From Paragordius varius (lineage: Eukaryota; Animalia; Nematomorpha): DNA of 64,000 nt. The position numbers were made by a program, and so were the translations under genes. The notes beneath the pieces are model-generated. The model was not told where the DNA came from, made no database searches, and saw only the letters and a program-made list of their open reading frames with translations. Location of the stretch: the NCBI GenBank assembly GCA_964247055.1, contig OZ176052.1, positions 6,696,001 through 6,760,000 of the forward strand, in the 5' to 3' direction. Below, piece after piece: positions 49,701 to 62,069 of this stretch; the first letter of the stretch is position 1, and each line of letters opens with the position of its first letter.

Positions 49701-52700
49701 GCTACATCGTGCATTTGGTGCTGATAGGGCATTATTAAAACTAATATTATTGATCTTGATATCTCGTGTAACGATTAATTTTTGAGCGTCATTAAAATAA
49801 CCAAACATAACCATTTCATAAATGTTTGGAGAGGTTTCCCGAAAATTACCTATTTTTAGGCTGCTGATATTTAAGTAATTTTCAGATCTTCTGGGGCCAA
49901 CAAATTTGTGGCCTCTTTTAAAGGATGCGTTCACATAACTCAGTAAATTATGATCTTTGATACATTTTAAAACAATGTTCCTTAGCGCTATAAATTGGCG
50001 GGGATATTTGCCCACTTTTTCTACACGGTTTGCAATTAACGGAAAGCACTTTTGTTGAACCATATTTTCAAAGGATTTTATTAGATGGTTGGCAGATGTT
50101 ACTGTAAGCGAAACTTGCATGTGATTATAATTGTTTTTATTACGGTCACCTTGCATAAGTTTTTCAATGATATGCCTTTTCTTGAAAGCATAATCATACC
50201 ATTCATGAGGTAGTTGTGACATGTTGATGTTAGTTAACCAATTGAAGAAATCATGATGATCTTGGAAGTTTTCAATGATGCCTATGGTATTAGTTGCTAA
50301 TTGCTCAACTCCGGCTTCCATTATCTCTAAAATATCGGGCCATGAATCAACGGCTATGAAAATAATTTTTGGATTCCTACTGATTGAATTTATTATTTTC
50401 AAAACTTCAATATAGTGAAAGCGTCTTACATACATTAGGACTACTAGGTATTTTTGACGAGATTCGTAAATAATTTTCTCTATTTGTTTGGTATAAAAAG
50501 ATGTTAGGTTAGGAAACTTTAGTAGAGTTACCATTGGTAGTGTAATATGATGCGTTAAACAGGCAAACTTTTCCATTTTTATCATAGTTTGCTGATAATA
50601 TTGTGTGAAATACAGATCATCTGAACTAATGATAGCATAACGATTCCATTCAAAGTATCGAAATATTTTCGTAATGCTTAAAATGAATGTTCTTTGCAAA
50701 GACATTGGTGTGAAAAAATAGGAATATCTGGATAAAATTAAATTTATATTACATAGTGCAAAACTATAGATAATGAAAAATGTCAAGATAAAAATATATT
50801 TGATAGAAAAGGTAACGTGATTTTCATGATACGTTTGGTTTAGCGCCTACGAGTTATGTAAGAAAGGGTTATCCAATTTTCGTTGATGCTTTAAATAAAA
50901 AAACAGCGAAATTAAATCACATTATATTAAATTTCTTTGGAAAGCCTCTGAAACTTTTACAATTTGGACGCGTTAAAATGGGCTAGTTTTTTAAAGTATA
51001 ACACAAAAGTGCCGATATTGAGCATTAAGCTTTATTATATGCCAAATTATGGCATCCAAATATTATTTGAATAAGGCATATATTGTTGTAAAACAAAAAA
51101 ATGTAAATGGTTAAGTGAGCATGGTAAATGAATGTATGAAACCTTTTTAAATATTAAATATACATTTATTTCTCTGATTTTTGGATAATAGATTCTCTTG
51201 CCTATTAAATAAAATATGAAATTGTGTTTTTTAATCCATTAATCTTGAAGACGAACAATCTTTTAATCAAAATTTTGAGGTGAAATCAGCAGCATCGCAT
51301 TATGTAAAAAGATTGTTATAATAATATCATAATGTGTTTTTATACGGTTTCACCAGGCTGTAAAAAACCACAAAAAATGTTAAAAATATTTAGCATAAAT
51401 TTTATAGTAAAGTTGGCTTTATCCCAAAAATATTTTATTTGTTTTATATCTAGCATATATTAAATTTTCTTATTGCAAATCCCGGCTCTTTTGCGCTTTT
51501 TCAGCAAACTAGCGCATTTTAGGGGGTGATTTGTAAGACTTTCCCCTCATATAAATGTTTATAAATATTTTGTGTTTTAATGTATTTTATAATAATTTAT
51601 ATTAGAAAAAATTTATAGCCTTCATTTCTAGCAAATTTAAGGCCCTTTGCCATTTTAATATTAGACCATTTAAGTGGAAATATCTTTTTTAAATAACAGT
51701 AAAGTTAAAAAATATAACCAGAATCGAGATACGACTAAATATATCGCGATGTTTGAGTGCACTGTGTTATGAAGATTAAATTATCGCTGACGACATCTGT
51801 CATAAATTCTTAACTTATTCTTTTAATTAATCACTGAAAATTCTTAAAAATAAAATAATGGGTCTCTATATCTGAACTTGTTCTTCACCTATCCCTCCTG
51901 AATAATCCTGATAAAAAATAAATTTTCATAACATTTATAAGATTATCACTATTTCTAAGAGCACTATCAGCTTCTTATAAAAATATGTCACTTTTATCAT
52001 TTTAAAGTATATTAAGAATAACTTAATCTTACCAATCTAATTTGCTAAATAGCAGCTATATAGAAATATTTAAATGATTACAAATTAATACAGCTTGATA
52101 AATATTTACATGTTTTTGTCGAATAATTCATCGTTATTGGCGGTAGGGCTGATATGAGGTATTTTGTAAAAAGACAAAATTGGCGAAACCATTTGAACAA
52201 TTGGACTATTCATGGGACCGATTACCCCAATAATTGGTGTACCTTTTCGATATTCTGTTATCATCCGCAGAGCTTGAATCTAAATTACATGCGAAAAATC
52301 GACAGTTTTACAAAAATATATCGTGATATATATGGGGTTTAGATATTTGACCGACCAAAAAATAATAGTCGGTATAACCACTTATATAGCAGTTATTTAG
52401 GGTGATAAACAGTTCTTATTATCATAATAAAAATATATGCCATATACCAGTTGCAGTCATAAGTTATTACCGGAACTAAGAGAAGACGCAAGCGAATAGT
52501 ACGCAGACGATTAAATTACACATCCCATTTTGTTCATTAAACGACAAACACAAACTAGTTTTCGCCAAAAACTAGCAGCTTGTTTTTATTACTAATTAAG
52601 TCGAAATTTATCCCTGAAAAAGAATATTTGCCATTGTCATCAGAAGTTATCGTTTGCTGGCTGAGACATATGGTCATGCTTCATCGATTAAAACTTGTGA

Positions 52701-54479
52701 ACAGCCTGAAAAAGAATATTCATTGTCATCGGAAACTATCGTTTGTTGGCTCAAACATATGGTGAACATGCTTTATCGATTAAAAATGTAAGTGGTGAGT
52801 GGGCGCTCTGGTAGACTATACAGCTGCAAAAAAGTTAAAGCTTAAGAGCGGGTGATGATCCAATTCTGACAACAATTGGTAAAATCATTATACCTAAAAA
52901 ACAATCAATAGATGTAAACGAACAATGGAAAAGACCAATAAATTTGGCAAATAGGTTCCTCACAACTTGAATGATCGTCAGATCAAAAGTCGCAAAGCAA
53001 CTTGGGAAATGGTGCTTCGCTTCACGAAAAGAAATCATTTTTATAGCGATTAAGGGGTGATGAGTAATGGCTTTTTGGCGAATCCAAAGCGGAAAAATTG
53101 TGGCTTTCACCTTATCAAGCCGGTGCGTCAACACCAATGCCTAATCGGTTAAGGCCGTTCTCTGTGCCTAATTGGACCAGATCCATATTGTGTATAAACT
53201 TTTGAAAACCTACACAACACTATTGCCATAAATGATTAATTTAAACCATGTATTAACCGCAAAACGACTCCAGAGAACATAACAAAGCGACTTTGCTGCA
53301 TGGTAAGCTCCGTTTCACAAACAAAATTGGTGATAGAGACCTCTTATCCGCTAAACTCTCCTCAACAAGCATCAATGGAACACCCCTCGCAGAGAAGTAC
53401 CGGAATTTCTGAAAGAAAATGTTTTGAAGAATCGTTTGCCTTAGAAGTCAATCAGTGCTCCTGGCACAGCATTACAACAAAGATGGGCGAAATGTTTACG
53501 GTTACAATATTTATTATAAGATAAATAATTGATTTTAAAATTACCGGCTTTAACACGAAAATAACGGTAAATATTTTTTATATTTAATAATTAATGCGTC
53601 TTTATAGAATACATTATTTAAATTTGGCCCAATATTATAAATATTCATTAAGATATTATTTTGAAATCGCTATAGGAAAGAAAAGTATCCAAAATAAATG
53701 GTAATCAAGTGTTACTTTATTTTATACATTTTTAATCAGGTGATAAAGATGTGTTTACGTTGTAACTTGTTATTTTATAAGAGGTCACCGTCATGAACAT
53801 GAATGCACATAAAATATATCTAGTAACGGAACCTATAGGGTGGTGTATTGGTATAATTGTTACTCTATAATTATTTTTATATTAAAAATCGGAAGCTGAT
53901 TTATATTTTTTATAAAATTTATGACGTTTGCCCTCTATATATTGGTAGGCAATGTGATAAATATTGACATTTCGCATTTAAAATAAAAAATCTAATTTCT
54001 AATTTAGTATGATGTTAAAATTAATATCACTAAGTATAAACCTGTCCGATTGCTTTGTCGTCACACGTTGGTAAAATGTAATATCCCAAAGTAATATTCA
54101 ACATATCAAGTAAGGATTTAACGGGTGTTGTGAAATTTAAAGGCTTTGATAAAAATGTTGAAGTAAAATTTGGGTAAATAATTAATTGATTTTTATTATA
54201 AGCATCAATCGCATAAACTATGGCAAATGCAATTAAAATTTGGGATTCATCCAATTGATGACTGCAATAATCTAACGGCTCATCATAAGCACTATAAACT
54301 TTAGATAAACCGCCAATATTTATATCTCCCAAATTAATAAGCTGAGTCCTCGGAAAATTTTGATAGGCCTTCCTGTATTTTCCATCACTTGCTATTACGA
54401 AATGATAAGTGACCAAAATCAAGCCAAATATTTTCATTTTTGCATTAAAAGAATAAAAAATTAATCTTAAAGTCGACAT
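46737..54479 (-). CDS. Divergent class C (mGluR-like) GPCR: Venus flytrap, cysteine-rich domain and 7TM
   Basis: First exon about 54042-54479 (likely start 54437; signal peptide, GDINIGG, AIDAYN...NITLGYYILPTC). Large exon 49017-50727 (VFT, CRD CSPLC...CCHVCRTC...CQMCPIFTWP, TM1-4). Last exon 46737-47453 (TM4-7, stop). Exons between 50727 and 54042 could not be resolved confidently. Confidence 0.8.
52150..53500 (+). pseudogene. Highly decayed Ty3/Gypsy-like pol remnants in a GPCR intron
   Basis: Locally higher GC. Broken frames resemble integrase-region motifs (AKPFEQ, RDI...RPKIIV, DDPIL, SRKE...G, STSINGTP). No LTRs recognised. Confidence 0.35.
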
Positions 54480-54911
54480 ATTGGTTTATTAATTAAGAGG
54501 CTAATTGCAAATGATATATTATGTACGTCAGATATGCCAGCAAAATATAATTATTTGTATATTACCATTTTTATTATTGGCACCATATCATGCCTCCTAC
54601 CTGGTATAATATTTTTAATTAACTTTATATAAATGTTTGTGGTTAACCCGTTTTTTCGCAATCTTCGCCATTAATTATATAATAGTTTTAAAATATAGTT
54701 TAATTTGGCCTTTAAGAAGTTAGTGGCGTTGCTGGAATTAAATTTAAAAAAAGCAAAGAGTTTAAAGTCATAAAAACTATAAAATTTAATCAATTAATGT
54801 CTTATATAATGCTTGTATGTTAACCCATTTTTACTTATTCTTAAAACATTCTACCGATACCATTTTAATTCATCAAACAGTTTAGAAACAATTATATATA
54901 TAATTAACATA

Positions 54912-55130
54912 TATAGGGTAACGAGAGCTATTATTGGTCATTTCGTTTTTTATTGGCTAAAAGGGGATTAAATTCACATGTTAGTTAGTATGCTAATTGT
55001 TTATTTTTATTAGTTATGTTAAAATTATTGCTTACATAATATTTAATTGCGAACAGGCGCTACTGAATTTCCACAATCTCAATTAAGCCAATAAAAAAAT
55101 AAATAGCCAATAATACTCTCGTTAGTTTAT
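54912..55130. mobile_element. Palindromic MITE, same family as 7585-7838
   Basis: TAACGAGAG.TATTATTGG.. on the left is mirrored by CCAATAATACTCTCGTTA on the right. Confidence 0.7.
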
Positions 55131-55819
55131 TGTAAATTAATGTTATTTTTGCTATATCATTATAAATCATCACTACCATTTATATGAACCATGGTACTAG
55201 ATTTTAGAACCTTTCTGAAACTAAATATTGCAACGATCATGTTGCTAATTATTTTAAAATTATATGTGGATTGCAAGTTTATCGTTTTCAAGACTAATAA
55301 AATTTAACCAGTCGCTTTGTTATGATATTATATTAAAACAGATTAGAATTATCGCTCATAAATAACCGTTAAGATTTTTCAAGCATATGTTAACCTGATC
55401 CAATGTAAAAAATTACAAATTCCCAAACAATTTTTATTTTTTGTCTTTAATAATGTTAAATTTTAAAAATAATTTGTTTGGTTTCTTCTGTTGTTTCTTT
55501 AGTTACAACATAGGTCTAGATATTAATTACCAATTTATCAAGGAAATATATGACAATATGGCTATAATAACCTAGATATGTGTTTATCATGATTTATTTA
55601 TTTCAACGCATATTTTACCCTACCCCCGGGTGATTAAAAACCGAGTAAGTAGGATAGATTCCTATCCTATACGATTACCAAAAAATGATTTACAAATGGG
55701 GGATTTAGGTTTTTTGGATACGTTATTTTAGGGTAGCGTCTAAATACAGGGACTAAAAAACAGATGCTCTATCCTTCTTGTAGATTTATAAAGAATCCCT
55801 TATTAAATATGTATAGGTC

Positions 55820-58400
55820 GATTTAAGGGTTTACATACAAATATTTTTATTCTAATTTGTCCTTTAAGTTTATAATACTGATGATTCTTTTAATAACACA
55901 AACAATCAGGTTATCTTTTGGACAAAGAGGCATATATATATTATTTATTTTGTGAACATAATTATTTTGAAAAAGTATTTTTTCATCATTCGCTCGCGGA
56001 ATTGGGGAATGTCGATCGCATTTGGAAAAGAGGGTAGAACTTCGTCTCTTCTAAAATTATCTGTTAAATATATAATAAATTATATTTTATGTTCATATTA
56101 TATAACCTCTAAAATACTTTTATTTGCTTTAATATAAAATATCAGAATATTTACTAAAATAGCAAATTAAAATGGTAAAACAATAAATTTAACGAATAAG
56201 CTAACAGCAGTATATATTAAATACAGATTATTTATCATTCCTTCATTTATAACTACAACTATTCTCCGATTGTGGACTCGACGCTAATTGTTTTAGGTAT
56301 GTAAAAAATTTGGTATTTTAATGATTATTTTAGCATTATTTTTATCTTTGTTAAAATTATTAAATAAAGCGCCAAATTGATAAGTTAAAATCTAATGAAC
56401 AAGATTTATTTATATTATTATATAACAGGGATGGCCAATTTTTCCCGCGGGCTACTTTTTTGGGAGAATATTATACGCGGGCACGTATGAAAGTAATAAA
56501 ATATTCATTTATCACTATAACACAAATGAGATGCAAATATTTTTATTTCTGTTTACGGATTGGGGTTACTAGTACAGGCCGTTTAAAATAAATGTTACGA
56601 TAACTTTTTTTGAGTAGTTTATGTGTAATCTTAATATTATCAAATACAAAAATAATGTTGATTCAGACCTCTGAATACCACAATCAGTAAAACGCATAAT
56701 TGCGCAACGCAATCGGTGGACTCGTCAATTTAAGGCGAAAAAAATATACAATTAATGTTTATGTAAAATTTCGGTAAGATTCTGATTAAGATTTTCATCT
56801 CTGCATAATCGTGTTTGTGGTAAAATGTCTTTGGACATTTGCTTTTTTAAGCAAAACCACAGTGTTGCATATCGACCAAGTATATTATTATTATTCATTA
56901 TAAAAAAATAATCTTCTTCCCATTCATTTCTATAGCGATATATTTTTGCATTTTTCTGGCTTAAGGTTTAATTATACAATAAAAGTTTAAAGTTAGTTTC
57001 TGTTTTTTTATATTTAAACTATTTCTAGGGAAGTCAATGATTAAAAGTTCGAATAAAATACTTATGATTAAATATATATATATATATATGTATATTAATA
57101 AAATAATAAATTAACTTAGTTTTAAATATTCTTAATAAGCAAAATTTTTCAAACATATAATAAATATAAATTAAGAAAGATTAATTTTGTGGGGAAAAAA
57201 TCTATGCAGAATTATATTTTTTGCATTTTTTAAAAACTTTCGACCCCTGTTATACAGTTTTGAACCATTACACATGGTGTAAATTTTCTGAATATTTACT
57301 TAATGGTGCTTCTGTTTGGGTTATAGTTTTTTAATACTGACCTTATTTTAGCAACTGACAGCTGGGAGACTAATTTTTTTGACAGATATTCATTTATTTT
57401 TCTATTTTCATCTTCACGACAATCTGAGTTCATCAGATAAAGAGACAGTCGATAGAGGGGCGGTCTCTGATGACTTAAAAGTAGATGTCTTTTTTATGAT
57501 GGGAGTACTGTCAGCATCAGATTCAGTGCTAAATCGTTAAATTTCCATATTTATGTTGTTCTTTTGGACAATTGAACAGTTTGTTTTGTGGGGCAGCTGG
57601 ATAATTGAAAATTTAGGTATTTGGATTGCTGATATCAGATCGTTCTGATAATCCTGACAGTAATTCGATCATAAAAGAAAAGGCATCCACTTCTCAATCA
57701 TTAGAAGCCGCCCCTCTATCGACTGCCTCTAAGTTTAAACTTGTGAATATAAAAAACAACATGGTAACAAAATAAAAAAATTTGGATTTGACACTATAAA
57801 AAATAGACCTGACAAAACTTTTTTATATAAGAAAAGGCATCGATTTGTCAGTCACGCCCCTCTATCGACTGCTTCTCAATTTAAACTGATGAATATAAAA
57901 AAACATTCGGACTATTGGGCTATCTAAAAACTCTGGTGTCCTGACATTATACAAAAAATGCTAAGTCACCCCAGACAATTAAACGATAAAAAAATTCATC
58001 GCTAAATTTAAATGAGCCTACACATTTTCCGTAAAAGTGCTTCAAAGCCAGTAATTGTTTAAAAAATCCTATTTAAGGAGGATTGGCTGATAAACGACTC
58101 AGTCTTATTAGGCTGCGCATTTATAAGAAAATTAAAATCCATATAAACTGAATGGACTTAGAATAGACGTTTAAAAACATGCCTTAAACTCACAATTTGG
58201 AAACTTCTATTTTCCATATGGGGAGTACAGAAGGCTTATTCAAATAGGTGCTCAGTCACATTTGGCGCATTATGTATTTCAAAATCTAACTTTGGAACTT
58301 AAATGGGCTTAAACGTTCATAACATTGCTATTTTAAATTCATAGTTAATAAAAAAGGGAAGTTATAATTTCAGGGCCGTATAAATTCCATTTTACGGCTG
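55820..58400. repeat. Copy 1 of a duplicated 2-2.5 kb unit with internal inverted arrays
   Basis: Co-linear with 62070-64000: ATGATTCTTTTAATAA, CTCGCGGAAT, AAAATAGCAAATTAAAATGG, ATTTACTTAATGGTGC, ATGATGGGAGTACTGTCA, AAACGACTCAGTC, ACATGCCTTAAA, TTCAGGGCC. Confidence 0.85.
56426..57249. mobile_element. Non-autonomous hAT-like element inserted in copy 1 only
   Basis: CAGGGATGG ... CGACCCCTG termini. Near-TSD TTATATAA / TTATACAG. Absent from copy 2. Confidence 0.6.
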
Positions 58401-59993
58401 CATGACGCACGTGGAACACGGTTTGAATTCACACCTGCATAAAATAATAGCTCCCTTTAAAAAATAGGCCTTATAAATACTCCTAAAAAGATTGTCGAAT
58501 ATAAAATAGTAAAAATCAATATTTAGGGATATTTGTGTACATTTTATTTCCTTATTAATAATCCTCTGTTGATTCAAAAAGAGTGTTTGTTTCTCTGTCT
58601 TCTTTTTAGTGTTTTATTAGATTTATTTTCGTTTCCAACAAAAAAGTCCGATTTCGTAACATGGTATTAGGCGATTAAAAAAATATAATTAATTGAAATT
58701 TTACAACAAAAAGCGTCACACGGAGTTTCGGCCAAATTAAAATCTTTCCAAACCGCCTGTTTTGTTGGACAAGATTGATAGCCTAGTTTCACATAAGACA
58801 ACAATTAAGAAATTTATTTCTCAAATATTAATAATTAAACTTTACTCTAAGTATCTATGTTATAACTTAGTTGCCATCTGCACCAATATTTAAGAATTCA
58901 ATTCAATCTAAAATAGAGAAATTACGTTTACCTCTTTAATCCCAATTGTTTTTAATATGATATGTTAAGGCAAGATAGATAAATTATAAAATATTTTTAA
59001 GTAATCGTTCATAAAAAAGTAAATTATTAGGACCATAAAAAGTGGACCCCGGTTTGAGTAGCATTGCCTGTCTAAAAGAATATCTTCCTTTCATAGGCCC
59101 TATTATATAATCTCAAAAAGATTAACTAATTTTAACCATAATATACATTTATTTGCCTGTTGTCCTCGCGATATAACAAATACAGAAAAAAAATGAGGGC
59201 GAAAAAATTTGAGATGAGGATTTTTTTTACAATATTACATTTTTTGCAACATGCGCATAAAAGGCTAAAGAAAGCATATTTTTCAATTTGGCCTAAATAT
59301 ATGCAATTTAAATTTTGGATCTGGGGTATAAAACTACTACAAAAATTCATGAAGTGTTAAGAGTTCAAAATTCATGTGTAAAAAAGTAACGTTTACCTCT
59401 TTAATCCCACATTTGTGTTTAAGAATAATCCCGCGTATTGGCATATATAATTTAGCAATAATTTATATAGGTTGTTCAGCATATTCATGGTGTATAATTA
59501 AGGTGACCAGACGTCCCGCTTTTGGCGGGACAGTCCCGCTTTTTCACACTTTGTCCCGCGTCCCGCTACGCTTTTGAAATGTCCCGCTTTTTCAAGATTA
59601 TATAAAAAATAATTTTTTTTAATACATTTAAATTTTTTATTAAAAATTTCTTTTTTTTATTCGTTTAATTTTTTTATCATTAGTTATCTTTAAAATCTAT
59701 ATCAATTTTAAATTACAATTTTTTATTATTTTTTTCAAATTTATATCATGTAATTATACATTTTGCTTCCTACTCTTTCTACCAACATTATCAAAAAGAC
59801 TAATTAATACCACAAATCGGTAGCTTATACAACTTCATAAAATTAAGGTGGTAAAATATATTTTTACTAATAATTTAGTTATATTACCTGCCAATCTTAT
59901 CAAAAAGACAAATTAATACCAAAAATCGGTAGCTTATACGTTTATTCCAGAAAACTAAGGTAATATTTTTTTAAACTAATATTAGTAAAAAAT

Positions 59994-61792
59994 ATGAGTA
60001 CAAAAACAGGTTATTAATTCAACAATGAATTAATCAAAGAATTTCCTTTAACGAAGAATGAATCATTTATTAAATGTTCTTTATGCGAGGGGGAATTCAC
60101 CCTAGCACATGGCGGCAAGCGTGATATTACAAAGCATATGAAAACATAGAAACATAAAAATTGTTTAGATGTGGCATCATCATCATCTTACAAAATGGGC
60201 GATTTTTATCGAAAAACCGCTTTTGGAGAGAAAGAAAAAAAATTGGCACTAGCCGAAGGCGTTTTATCTTTTCACGTGGTTAATCACAATCATTCCTTTA
60301 GTTCTATGGATTGTACCTCACAGATTATTCGTACCTTATTCAATAAAAAATTAACATGTGCCCGTACAAAGGCTGAAGTCATTGTATGCAATGTCCTTTC
60401 GCCACATGCATTTTCTAAAATATAAAAGATTTGCTGAAAATTAATTTCATATCGCTATACTCTGCTGCATCAAATCACATGGCAACAAAATTATTTCCCA
60501 CTTTAATAAGATATTTTTATCCAGAAACCGGAGTAAAAATTTAAATTTTAGTTCTATTTCTCTCGGTGAAAATTCCGACATAATTTTTACTTCAATAATG
60601 AATATTCTAGAAAAAAATAATTTAAAAAACAAAATCATCGCATATTGCGCTGACAACACCAATACGAACTTCGGTGGAAAAGCAAGGAGGGGAACAAAAA
60701 ATATTTTTTAATAAATTGGCAGATATCTTAATCAAAACATTATTGGCGCTGGGTGTGCACATATATAACACAATGCTATTCAAACAGCTGCTGATTTGAT
60801 ATTTCTAGATATGGAAAATGTAGTTGTTAAAATACATTTCTATTTTTATATATATACGGTACGCGTTGAAACGCTTAAGGGAATTCTGTGAAAATGCAGA
60901 AGTTTATTATCAAAAAATGCTTAGATATTGTAAAACTCGTTGGTTATTCTGCCAGCTATTGAGAGAATTTTAAAAATGTATGATCCTTTAAAATCCTATT
61001 TTTTATCACAGGACAAATGTCCTACTACTTTCGAAAAGTTTTTTGAAAGTGATTCTTCAAAAATATAGTTATTCCTACATAATCAAGCTTCTCTCTTTCA
61101 AAATGTTATTGAATTGGTAGAATGTGACAAAATTTTGGCTATCAAAGTAACCAATGAAGTTGGTAACCTAAGATTCCAATGTCAAGAAAGGTTAGTAAAT
61201 AATTTTATACCATTAATCATCCGCAATATTATAATTAATTTGGAAAAACAAAGCTTAATAAATTGCCAAGATATCCTGTACCATATAAAAATGTTTTATA
61301 CAAACTGTAAAGATTATTTGGAAGACTGGACGGTGCAATCCAATGATCATTGGATAACATTAAAACCAGAATTTAATTGGTGCGATGTTCAAAAATCATT
61401 TGATTACATCTGCATCTCCCAAAAATTCCCAAAAAGTAATCTTTCAGAAAATGATCCTTTTTCTGAAGAGTTAAAAAATATATTAATAATGACAAACTTA
61501 AATTATGTGAAATTGTTAGAAATATTTCATCATTTTGAAACAAACTATTTTAATACAATATTTTAAAAATTGTGGAATTGGCACTATCTTAAAACCAACG
61601 CTGCTACTGAGCGCGTTTTTTCCACACTAAATAAGGTGTGGACATCGGAAAAATCAAATTTACATGTCGAAACTAAAGGCCATTTTATCTGTCAAATATA
61701 ATTTGACAAATACTTGTGAAGACCTATATTTTAAAAAAGGATGACAATCTGCTAAAACGCAGTCCCTCAAATAAAAAAATATACCAAAAAAT
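59994..61792 (+). pseudogene. hAT transposase pseudogene
   Basis: BED-finger-like CSLCEGEFTLAHGGKRDITKHMKT..H, ADNTNTNFGG, GCAHI.HN, KTRWL, and dimerisation motif TNAATERVFSTLNKVWTSEKSNL. Split by multiple stops and frameshifts (ORF pieces 60171-60425 and 61114-61566). Confidence 0.88.
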
Positions 61793-61796
61793 AAAA

Positions 61797-61799
<3 letters not shown>

Positions 61800-61832
<33 letters not shown>
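61800..61832. repeat. (TA)n microsatellite inside the hAT element
   Basis: Perfect dinucleotide run. Confidence 0.9.
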
Positions 61833-61834
<2 letters not shown>

Positions 61835-62069
61835 GTATTTGTGTTAAAAATAAATAAATATTACAATAAATTTTTTGTATAAAAATTTTTGGTTGGACCC
61901 CCCATGCCCCCCTTTCTCAGATTTGTCCCGTTTTTCTTCAAAAAATCTGGTCACTTTATGTATAATCCTTAAAATTATTTTTAAAATTATATTTTAAATG
62001 ATTAAAATTTAATGTTTTTAAAAAGGTATCAACCTATATCAATTTCTTTTGCTTTCTAGCAAAATATAT

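Larger units (their letters stand above)
59499..61958 (+). mobile_element. hAT-Blackjack-like DNA transposon, near full length, inactive
   Basis: TIRs TAAGGTGACCAGA and TCTGGTCACTTTA. Perfect TSD TGTATAAT at 59491-59498 and 61959-61966. GTCCCG subterminal repeats. Confidence 0.92.
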
